Below are positions 44,997 through 55,800 of a stretch of 64,000 nt of DNA, piece after piece (the stretch's first letter is position 1; every line of letters starts with the position of its first letter). A program made the translations under genes and the position numbers. The notes under the pieces are model-generated. The model had not been told where the DNA came from, did no database searches, and was given only the letters and a program-made list of their open reading frames with translations. The stretch comes from Schmidtea nova (lineage: Eukaryota), in contig CM097883.1 of assembly GCA_044892505.1 (NCBI GenBank), positions 19,840,001-19,904,000 of the forward strand, read 5' to 3'.

Positions 44997-46409
44997 AATT
45001 GGTGTCAGAAGTTACTCCCTCCCTCCAGTAACATTTATATTATCCTAAATAACACTTTATTTTATTCTATTCCCACATTTATTATTTTTCCTATTCCTTC
45101 CCAAATGGAGGCGCTACAATCCTGGGCGGGACTAACTGAATTGAAGGTACATGGAAACCACATCATAAGAACAACCGGGTTTTTAAACATTAAGAGGAAA
45201 CAAGTATCACACAAGTTCCTCTTCCGGTGTCTTAACAAGACTTCCGGATGGCAACCTCTGTGTCCGACGAAGTCACATTTGTCCTCAATGTCTTCATTGC
45301 TCCTAGCAATTGGCGTCCCAAGGGAAACACACCGCCACTTCTTTGTCAAGAAGTCCCAATCGGCGACACATACCCCAGTCATCACCACCTATTTCAACAT
45401 TATTCCCCGTTTGACTGGAGGAATGCAAACCGATGAGGCTAACGCAGACTGTGAAATCAGTCACATACAACCGCCAACACAACAAACAACACCAGTTATT
45501 ACCCCAATACCGTTTTTCCTAGACGGCGTTGGCTCCCCACAAACGTGGTTCCTGGCACTAGAAGTGACTCCAACCTTTCTACCCACTCAATCTCAAGGGC
45601 AGAAGTTTGGTGCACTCTTGTCCATGCTTCCAAGCACGATTTACACCACATTGTCCACCGCCATTGCAACTGCAGCCACGGCAAGTGAGCCCTACAACTC
45701 ACTGAAATCTGCAGTGCTAGACGCTTACCGACCAAAATTAGATCATTTATATGAGGCTTGGTTCCGAAATCAACCTCTCAATAATGAAAGACCAAGCGCC
45801 TTCCTCAAGCGAGCCAAGGAACAACTCGAGAGGATCCAGGCCGGTCTTACCAAAGACGACGCTCTACTCCGTAGGTTCTTTCTAAAAGCACTACCTACAT
45901 CAGCACAGTCCATTCTGGCCGTTGTTCCAAACACAACATTGGAAGAACTAGCCAAAATTGCCGACAAGATCGTGGAAATCAACACGTCACCTGTTACTCC
46001 ATCACCGGTAGTCGCAACAACAAGCCTCCCACACGCCGAATTAGGAGCACTAGTCAGCGCCATAGCTGCTTTAACATCGAGGATGGACAATTTAGACGCA
46101 AGTCTACACACCCGAGGTCGAAGTCGAACAGACAGTCGTGACAACAATCAAAAACGACATCGGTCCACATCTGCACGAGGGCTCATATGCTCCTACCATA
46201 AGACGTACGGAGACAAAGCCCAACATTGCTATGTCGGTTGTAGGTGGAACAACCGACTTCCAACATGCCTGCCTCGCAACCTTTGCATCTATCACGCAAT
46301 ATTTAAGACCGAGGCCAAAACATGCTTGGAAGGCTGCCGTTTCCATACTGGTAATCACAATACCAGTAACGTTAATCAAAATTCGTATAATAAGCCTTCG
46401 GAAAACTGA
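44769..46409 (+). CDS. gag: Gypsy gag (CsRn1-like CHCC type) with a long upstream in-frame extension
   Basis: P.F...P..WF..LE ... PY..LK..L ... RPS.FL ... LR..FL..LP ... LA..AD pattern. Two C-x2-H-x9-C-x3-C motifs. Confidence 0.88.
   Translation: MVIQSYEILLGSLPDGFDRALVRPGILLSLLSDKTKVYSYFFVNLCKLISEGTKIKLMNRQPRQKSAYLGVVSGSSNWCQKLLPPSSNIYIILNNTLFYSIPTFIIFPIPSQMEALQSWAGLTELKVHGNHIIRTTGFLNIKRKQVSHKFLFRCLNKTSGWQPLCPTKSHLSSMSSLLLAIGVPRETHRHFFVKKSQSATHTPVITTYFNIIPRLTGGMQTDEANADCEISHIQPPTQQTTPVITPIPFFLDGVGSPQTWFLALEVTPTFLPTQSQGQKFGALLSMLPSTIYTTLSTAIATAATASEPYNSLKSAVLDAYRPKLDHLYEAWFRNQPLNNERPSAFLKRAKEQLERIQAGLTKDDALLRRFFLKALPTSAQSILAVVPNTTLEELAKIADKIVEINTSPVTPSPVVATTSLPHAELGALVSAIAALTSRMDNLDASLHTRGRSRTDSRDNNQKRHRSTSARGLICSYHKTYGDKAQHCYVGCRWNNRLPTCLPRNLCIYHAIFKTEAKTCLEGCRFHTGNHNTSNVNQNSYNKPSEN
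45000..45012 (+). promoter_or_regulatory. Primer-binding site, tRNA-Leu-like
   Basis: TGGTGTCAGAAGT 3 nt after the LTR end, complementary to a 3' end ACUUCUGACACCA as recalled for tRNA-Leu(CAA). Confidence 0.8.
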
Positions 46410-47363
46410 AAACGCCATCGAACTCCCCCACAGTTTTTGATGGCGATCCCATAACCTGTGGACTCTTTTCTGTTCCCGCCGTACCTCATTCCCAGAACTC
46501 TAACGAAGTCGATGCCCCCATTCACTTCGTTATCGATAGCGGTTCCATCATCTCATTCCTACCTAATCGGTTCGGAACTGATAATAATCAAAAAAGGTCC
46601 TTCCGGACAGCCAGTGGCGAAAACTTTTCCACTATTGGAACAAAAAACTTAATATTCCAAATTCCTGGTCTGTCCAAAACTTTTTCATGGACATTCCAAG
46701 TCGCCGAGGTGATTCATCCACTCTTAGGTGCCGATTTTCTTGATGCTGAAGGTTTACTCCCTGATTGCAGAGAACGCAAATTAATCCTCTCACAACACAC
46801 ACCTAGAGCTCAAGTTCTTGACCACCTCTGTAGTGACGCCCTCAATCTCTTACCCGCCACACCTTGCTATATACAACAATTACTAAAGACGTTCCCAAAC
46901 GTCGAAAAGAGATCAAACAATCACAAACAAACCCTCTCTTTTCTACACGTCATAGTCACCAATAACGGTATGCCTAACAGAGAACGTATGCGACCACTCG
47001 CGCCCGAGAAGCTCACACTTGTCAAGGAAGAATTCAATAAGCTACTCGAAGCCGGTACTATACACCGATCGAATTCCCCTTGGGCATCACCCATCCATGT
47101 GGTTACAAAAAAAGACGGATCTATCCGCGCCTGTGGTGACTACAGACGCCTCAACAAAGTCACTATACATGACTCTTACCCCATGCCACTTATATCAGAC
47201 GTTCTTTCGAGATTACCTGAAGCTACAATCTTCTCCACTCTAGATCTAAAAAAGGCTTACCACCAAATCCCGGTAGCACCAGAAGACATCCCGAAGACCG
47301 CTGTTATCACCCCTTTTGGCTTGTTTGAATACAAATACATGCCATTCGGTCTCCGAAACGCAG
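46390..47363 (+). pseudogene. pol: Gypsy pol, truncated (aspartic protease plus N-terminal half of RT)
   Basis: In the -1 frame relative to gag: FVIDSGS, LLGADFL, SPWASP, DYRRLN, LDLKKAYHQIP, MPFGLRNA. It then joins the LTR repeat at 47364; no YxDD, RNase H or integrase. Confidence 0.92.
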
Positions 47364-48886
47364 TTACATCGACATTATTTTCGGATTGTTTGTATTCATT
47401 GTCTGGACAATGTGCATTTTTGAAGGTTCTTATATGATGAACTTATTAGTCTCAAGAAAATTACGATTTTATTGTCAATTGATGTCCTATCAAAATCCGA
47501 AAGTGAATGTAGTTAGAGTATGTACTGTACTATCAAATCCATGTGTGTATCATTTTTACATGGTTATTCAATCTTATGAGATCCTCCTTGGGTCATTACC
47601 CGATGGTTTCGATAGAGCTTTGGTTCGACCCGGAATCCTCCTTTCCCTGTTATCCGACAAAACTAAAGTATATTCATATTTTTTTGTAAATTTATGTAAA
47701 TTAATCAGCGAGGGAACAAAAATAAAATTGATGAATCGGCAACCACGCCAAAAATCTGCATACCTTGGTGTGGTTTCCGGTTTTAATTTTATCATAATGA
47801 AAATCATTTGATCAATTAGTAATAAATTTTAAGAAATTTCTTTTAAATATTTATTTCTATTAATTTGTGCGCGGGTTAACCGCTTAACAAACTCTTTTAA
47901 ACAATGCACAATAAAATATCCAAATAATAAAATTTTTACATATTTAATAATTCTTTCTACAACCCCAATTCACATAATCCTAAACAATGTACAATAAAAT
48001 AACCAAATAATAAAATTTTCACATATCTAACAACCTTTTTACAACTCCGATTCACACAATTTCAGAGGTACATAAAACACTCATAAACATCTATTTATGT
48101 CAGAATTTTGTATTCAAACGGGTGTCCACAGAACATTACAGCTTGCTCATTTTCAAATTGTATAAACCACTTCGCAGACGTTTCCGTGATTGCTCCTTGC
48201 GGCATTGGCCAAGAGAGGTCTCCTTCCCACCGCACTCGTAGTTGGAACAACAATGTGGTATCACGTACCGATGGATTAACGTGACTCCGCATCCATGCTC
48301 GTAGGTGTCGTTCTGCTGCATTCTTGATACTTATCGGGATAGTTTACGAATTTATGAATTTCATCTCCTTGTCAGAGCGACGCCTCCGCGGGACTTTATC
48401 CTGGTGCATTTTCTGAATAAAGGGTGGAAGAATTAAAGACGGGGTCGGGTAACTCTCGCATCATTTCATCATGCATCTCTCAAACCTCATCATACCTTGT
48501 CGCTCTCAATTCACATCATACATCATACAATCGACATAAATGATCATTACCTGAACGCGTTTATTCGAATTTTTGTTCATCTTCATTCAGTGGCGGACTG
48601 GCTACTTATTCTCAGGGTTGCTGATGTACCTCAGGGGCCCGTAATTGCATGCAGGGTCACGAATTCTTTCTAAACAAATTTTACCTCTATGTTAAATTTA
48701 CGTGAAAAATGACTTTTGTGCACACTATGGTAGTTACACACCAACATTGTAATATCATTTGATTACCCATTAAAAAGAAAATGATTAGATAGGCTACTTA
48801 TTAAATATTACAGCTCATTTAACACCAGAAAACAACACGTACAGTATGTGGAGCAAGTAACAGGCAGAAATAAACAGGAGAAAATG

Positions 48887-51782
48887 TTAGTACAGTAAAG
48901 CACGTTTTAATTCGTTAGAACTTTTTGCAAGGTGGTCTATGATGACATCATGATCTATGGGGAAATTCTTCTCTTCTAAAGCAATCAACATTAGTGCTTC
49001 TAGGTGTGGTTGTCCAATCGTTGAGCGCAATCGACTTTTTATTATTTTCAATTTGCTAAATGAGCGTTCACAACTGACCTGTGTACAGCTGAGTGTCATG
49101 ACCATCTTATACACAATGTACAAATTTGTGTAGGAGGAAACAAATAAATTAAGGAAAATCGAGAGCTTTGAAAGCACATACAAGACAGTTCTGACAAGGA
49201 ATGTTACTTTTCAAGCATATATCTTGAGTGTGCTCGATATCTTCATCAAAATTCAATGGACTGCTAGCCTCATTAACAGAAATTTCAGTTTGAAGGAAAT
49301 TACTGGACTGTATATCCCGGTAGCTGAGAGCAAACGAGACCAATTCATCACGCAAATCACACACATCTACATTCGCCATGCCTGCCAATTTTAAAAGAAG
49401 TGACGGATTTTCTTTGAGATAGGATTGGATGCTGTCAAACTTGTTCGGATCCAAAAGGCTTATGTCCATATACAGATCCTTGTTGGCAGAAAATCTTGAC
49501 TGGACTTGTGTAATTGCATTGTCAATTACACATTTAAAAGTGTCAATTTCAAATTTCCGGTTTGCAGAAAATGTGTATTCTTTTTCGTCATCTGCTTCAT
49601 AATTGAATTTCTTTGGTACACGATGTGGTCGGTGTGTATCATTTGCAATAAGACTTGAACTAACACCATGTTCTGTCAGCAAATTGATTTGTTCGATGAA
49701 CTTTACAGCTTTGGAGTGTATTTCATCAAACTTGTCTCGCATACAAAGTAAATGTCTTTCCAGATTGGTGATCATATTTAAGGCAGTCAAGATATCAAAA
49801 CCCTTGGTCTGCAAGTATTTTGAGACAGGTGATGTCATCAAGAAGATTTCCATGTACATGAAAGCAGATAAAACGTTTTCAAAGTTTTTCCAGTTGTCAT
49901 ACAATGACGATGCTTGAAAAGACACCTTGCTTTGAAATTCCGTAGACTGTGCAATTTCGTTTAATGTGTCCAGGACTAATATGAACCTTTGAGGATCGGG
50001 TTGACTTAAAGAGCCAAATATTGATTTCAAAGAATTTTCCCTAGCACTCCAACGAATCTCAAATATCTTTTTTAGCTTTACCTGTCGAGGTAGACCTTCT
50101 GAGTTTTGGATCCAGACAAGCATGCGTTTGTGAGATTCACTAAAAAAGTTAGCAGTGGAGTTGATTAGTCCAAACAAATTTTTTGTGCTTAAACTGGTGC
50201 TGGTTGCTTGTGCCATAACTAGATTGAGGGCATGTGCATAGCAGTGGATGTAGACCGAATTAGGTGATTCAGATGCAATTCGACTTTGGACACCTTGATA
50301 TTTGCCAGACATATTGGCAACTCCATCAAATGACTCTCCCAATATTCTTTCAACTTTTAAATTATCTTGAGTCAAACTGTCACGCATGATGTTGAACAAG
50401 TTTTCCCCCGAGGAAGAGTTAACAGAGATAAGGTGGTAAAGATGTTCATGAACAACACCTTCACGGACATATCGCAACACAATAGGTAATTGGTCAGTAA
50501 CGGATACATCTTGTGTAGAGTCCATTTGGATACTAAATGTGTAAATACCTCGTTCACTTGTTTGGTCAGTTGCTGTTTAATACAGTTACCAATAATAATC
50601 AAAATTTTGGATAAAATAGTTTTTGAAAAGAATGTTATAAATGATCCTCGTCCTGTTCCAGTTGAATAATGAGATTTTCTCTGCAACTTAGAAATGTGAT
50701 TTTGCAAAACTGAATCATATTTGGCCATTAGTAAGATCAATTCGAGATAATTACCATGATTATTTGAGAAATCCTTCAGAGAAGCGAAATTTTCATTACG
50801 ATAAGCTCTGAAACCAATGCACTGTTTTGCTAAGTACATTATTATATCCACAAGACGATGTAATATCAAGCGATTTGCTTTGACTTCTTGCTGCCGTTTT
50901 GCAATCATGTCAGTGTTTACATAATTTTCAATATTTTGTTCGCTTTTAGCGCGTAAATAAGCATTGACACTTTGCTTGTGGGTATCAGATTGTTCATGCT
51001 TCTGCACTTTAGCGTAAACATTTTTGACTGCTATCAAACAACCATCGTTTGCAAAAGGATGTTGAGCTGTCATATCGTCATCGAAACACATGCATAAAGA
51101 GCAATATAATTTAGAACTGATTGAATTCAATGAAAGCCATGTTCGGTTTACCTTCTCTCCATCGGATATTTGTCGATAATATAAAATCGAATAGTGTTTA
51201 AGGGTAAAGGCATATGTGGTTGTAATGGATGTTTGGCGATGAATTCCATCTTATGTACTAAGGAGGCGGATGAATGTGGTCGCTTAAACAAATCAATGCA
51301 CATTGCTTCATGGTTGTCATGTTCTTCAAAATGTTGCATTTGTTCTGATACAATTGCTCGTACAGAAGTTTGAGAGGATTTGACGATACCATTCTCATCA
51401 TTTTCGACTTCTTGAGAAAGTATCAGTTCAGATGCTGGAAGCTGTTCCGACTGTTGTGACAGTCCAATAATAGATGGTAATATTGAGCTACATATGACAG
51501 GCTGTTGTGAATGCATGATAGAATTGATAACTATCGGTAACATTGATTCTTTGCTGATGGACTGACTTTCTGAATGTGATGGGTTGACTGTTTCTTCAGT
51601 GCTGGCTGTCCTGCACAAATTAAAATAACATAAAACACACATAATGAAATAGGGCCTATATATGATTGCATGACTCACATGACAAATGATAATTTTCTTT
51701 GTTTTGGATCACAAGCTGCCTGGCCAATCTTATTTTGAGATATCAATTTTCGCTTTTCTGCACCTGATTTATGTTTGTACAT
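48887..51782 (-). pseudogene. ZMYM/TTF-type hAT transposase with one intron and three frameshifts
   Basis: Exon 1 MYKHKSGAEKRK (51782-51679), intron 51678-51611 (GTGAGT..TGCAG), RTWLS..LYCSLC, FSIQMDSTQD, FDG..NMSG, HCYAHALNL, RWSAR, and the SCERSFSKLK dimerisation motif. Confidence 0.92.
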
Positions 51783-52842
51783 TATACTGCAACCTAGAAA
51801 GAAAAGGTAAACATGAATGTGGGCATTGTTAATTATAAAGTTTCATATATTTCATAGAAGGGCCTATTTAATAATATTTTAACAAAAATTTAAAATCCTA
51901 ATAAATCAAATTAGGAAGTGAAATGATTTTAAGAAATTTGGTAGAATTTTCGACATTTTTCTTAAGCCCCATGTCCTATTTTCATTCTATAGTTGCGCTG
52001 AAAGAGAGGCTGTTAAATACTTAGAATGTGTCATTGTACATAAAGTCTGTTTTAGCAATTCAAGATGCTTCCTTATGATATGACTGTTAGATGACTGTTA
52101 TATTTTTGTCGACACTGTAATTTGGTAGCCGAAGACTCTTCGTTAGCCCAGACCCAAATTATACGCGGAAAGGTGTTTCAGTCAGTCCAGTTTGTTACGC
52201 CAGACATTAAAAGCTTCAACCTGTCTTTGAGAAAGGAGAACTCTGCAATAACAAAGTTGCCTAAAATAGATCATTCTGAAATCATTGATATTGGCCAGAA
52301 GTATACTTGTCGAATTAATTTGGAAAGTCTCTCTCTTTGATCATCAGTCAAATTATTACTCAGGTGATATAAAGTGGAATTTGACTTTATTGGGAATTTA
52401 TACGGAGCCAGTGGAACTCAATCTCACTATCATACTATAGACTTCCTGTCTATCTGGAAAGCCATCCTGTGAGTATACATATTTCATAGATACTGACATA
52501 AACCATAACAGTTTTAGCTGCTCACTCTAAGGCATAGGCACTAACAGTAAATAAAATACGAATAAAATCAACGCTGACACCAATGAAAGTAGCGTAAAAT
52601 TGATTCGAGAGTATTTTTTGAAAACTCAACTTATTCCTGATTGATATTTGTGTACTATCATTATCCATTATATATATGCAAAACTTTTAGAAGTAGACTT
52701 AATATCGTTTGGTAAATTATAAAGAATGTTGACAAAGAAACGAAAGAGTCCTTTTAATAGCGTAATTTTAATGAAATTTTATAATAATAAATTTAATATC
52801 ACAGTTGAACTTACGTCAAAATGATCCGTTAATGAAATAAAA

Positions 52843-55800
52843 TTGCATGCACAATGCAGAAATAAACTTCCAACAATGATGAAAAAATTTTGTGAAACCT
52901 ACGAATGCTTAGTTGAATTTCTGCACATTGCCATTCAGAGCACTGGTGCAGAAAAAATGAGTTTAAATGATTTCATTTCCCTATTTTATTTCTTTAAAAC
53001 AGGGCAAAAACATTCTATTCAGGAAAAGAAAGCCAAAACCGCATGGGAATTCGCACGGAAACTGATCAACCACCCGAATGGAAGGACGGCCGTATTAATC
53101 AATGAATATTTTAATGAACCCTACTGGTTAAAGAGGGACCCCGCGGTGATGGACCGAGCAGCCAAACTTAGCTGGAAAATGATTGGAACTTTCTTTGTAA
53201 AGAAAAGAGCGGTATTTTGTGATGAATTGATATTCTATATCATAAATTTTATATACACTTTTAAAGACATTTTTACAAAACATTCATCTCTTAAATATTT
53301 CATAAATGATCTACAATCACACCCCTGCTACCTAAAAATTGCTGAAAAAGAAACCTTTAATATAACTCCCTCTAATGAAGGGAATTATAATCAAATTAAA
53401 AATACTAGGAACAATTATATTTTAAATATTGAACAAAATAATAAAAATTTACAAAATCCCAAAATTAATGAATATTATAATAATAAAAATACGGATAGTT
53501 ACTATAAAGACACCATAAAAAATTTTAAATATGACAATTATTTTCTTAATGACAAAAATAAAAATTATGATTATAAATACTATAATAAAACTACATATGA
53601 AAATTTTAAAAATACCAATAATAAAAATTTCAAAAATAACAATTTAGAAAATTATGATAACAATGTCTATAAACTATTAAATAATAATGAAACTTTTCCT
53701 AATAAAAATATTAAAAAAGCATATAATTTTAACAACTCGAAAAATGATCTCCTTATAAATATACGTGATACAACTGACGAATTTTTTTCAAAAATTAAAA
53801 TCATTTTTTCAAAAATCAAAAATCAAAAAATATTAAATGATTACCTCTATATTTTTAAAAACAAAACATGCTTACTTTTTGAACAAAATAATTTGTTTAA
53901 ATATATACCATTAAATCTAACTTCCAACAATGATGAAAAAATTTTTCGACCTCCTTCGGAGGCCGAAAAAACTAATGGACGCAGCTCACAGGCCTTCGGC
54001 CTGTTCGCTGGTCAGAATAAAAGCTCAGAAAACTTATATAACACAAGTGATATGCCACCTACTGAAAATAGCAGAATATGTACTGCGAGAAAATTATACT
54101 CCAAAAACGAACTAAGAAATTCTACGATGAAACTTAATCAGGAAAAAACTCCACCATATGCAAAACCAATAATAACAGCATTTAATCAAAATTCACTTCA
54201 GACGAAAAAATCCGAAATACCTAAAAAAGATGAATTTAGATATATAAAACCAGCCATCTCAACAAAAAACAAGTATGACCTACTTATAAATGTTAAACCA
54301 ATTCAAGAAGACAGAAAAATACCTACAAGCCAAACTCCTCCATATGCAAAACCAATTTTAACATCAACAAATATCTTCTCACAAAAAAACATCACCGTTA
54401 ATAAAATAACCATTAATAAAAACTCCAACAATAAATATTACGGAGAAAATAAAAAAGAAGCAATAAAGTAATATGCCTAGATGAACAAATAAATGAATGT
54501 AAAGCTATTATTAAAGATATTGAAAACAATATTATTGAAGAAATCACTGAACAGAGAAAAAATATAAATACAGTATCTGAAATCACTCCTTTACCTGCAA
54601 TAAATGATACCTCTCCAAATGCGAAAAAAAATAACTTAACTAAATCATTCGACACTGAAAACCTACCTAAAGAATTCCTATCAAATAATAAAAATCTAAA
54701 AAAGAAACATTATTATGATGACCCAATTAAATGTGTTATTGCGTCAAGAAAAATCCAAAGGCTTTGTCGAAATAGCGAGAAAAATTTATCATATCTAAAC
54801 GAAAAAATTAAAAATCAAGAACAAGAAATCACTAATCTCAACAATCTTCTCTCAGCCTACAAATGTAAAAATCAAACAAGCTGCCAAACACCACCTCACT
54901 GCTCCAACCAAGGTACAAGCCATAGTACAACTCCTGATCCCTCTATCTCTTATAGCCCAGATTCATCTTTAAACTCTAGTGTGGGCAAAAATGTTGACAT
55001 TGACAATTCTATCTATAACTCACCAGATAATTCCTCATGCAATTATACTGAAGTCATCTATGCCCAAACACTCCTGAATATGATAATACTGATAAAACTG
55101 AAACCCCGATTCCTGCTTATAATTCTCAAAAAGACTTATTTGATGGCACACCATTAATCATCCCTGAAACTTTTAAATCATCATTACCAGTTTCTCAAAC
55201 ACTTTTTCAAGACACCTTGTCTAAACCACCACTTAATAGCACTCCAAATAGATCTACTCTAAATAACACCAATAATTCTGTTATAAATATTAACTCAACG
55301 ATTACCACCAAAACACCTGAGATGACTATAAGTATTGACAAAGACGATTTTTTGAACCAAAATAACACCTCCTTCGAAGACCTTAATCTATCATATACAT
55401 CAGACCATAATGACTCCACTTTTGCTCAATGTCCAATTGACGAATCAATTCTAGATAATACTATTAAAGGTAAAAAGAATTGTAACTTCGTTGTTGAGGG
55501 GGAAAATGGGAAAGTTTTCGAAATAGCCCACAATTTACAAGTCACAAACGTAACAAAAATAATAAATATCACAAAAAAAATATACGAAGACAATAACAGC
55601 ACAATAAATACCCATAATAGCAGCCAACAAAACACAAGCACAAATTGCAATTTTTTGGAAACAAATGAAACCATTCTTAACACAATAAATGACTCTCACC
55701 TATCAGACACACAAACTTCACACAATAATTCGAAAAATAAAATCCCACTCAAAAGAAACAATTTTTTCAGGAAAATGATCCTACTTTCAGCTATAACAAA

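Larger units (their letters stand above)
43335..48140 (+). mobile_element. 4806-bp composite element with 358-bp terminal inverted repeats (TGT...ACA) and a 5-bp TSD
   Basis: TIRs 43335-43692 and 47783-48140 (one mismatch noticed). GCTTG at 43330-43334 and 48141-48145. The flanking ORF rejoins in frame. Confidence 0.92.
43035..48440 (-). pseudogene. Unknown ORF family, copy B, split by the 4.8-kb TIR element
   Basis: 48141-48440 rejoins 43035-43334 in frame across the TSD: RHLRAWMRSH..VRWEGDLSWP..WFIQFENEQA|TPQWLLAFNHLSTQRLKQIGYVLLDQP..EIFMYRDTLC*IPCPEFY. Confidence 0.8.

Noticed and set aside
43335-48140. DIRS/Ngaro (tyrosine recombinase) element as the explanation for inverted termini
   Set aside because: It has a TSD, a tRNA PBS, an aspartic protease and a Gypsy-type RT; no recombinase or internal complementary region.
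53946-54030. HDV-like ribozyme at the NeSL 5' region
   Set aside because: Hairpins and CTAATGG are present, but I could not assemble the P1/P2/P3 nested pseudoknot.
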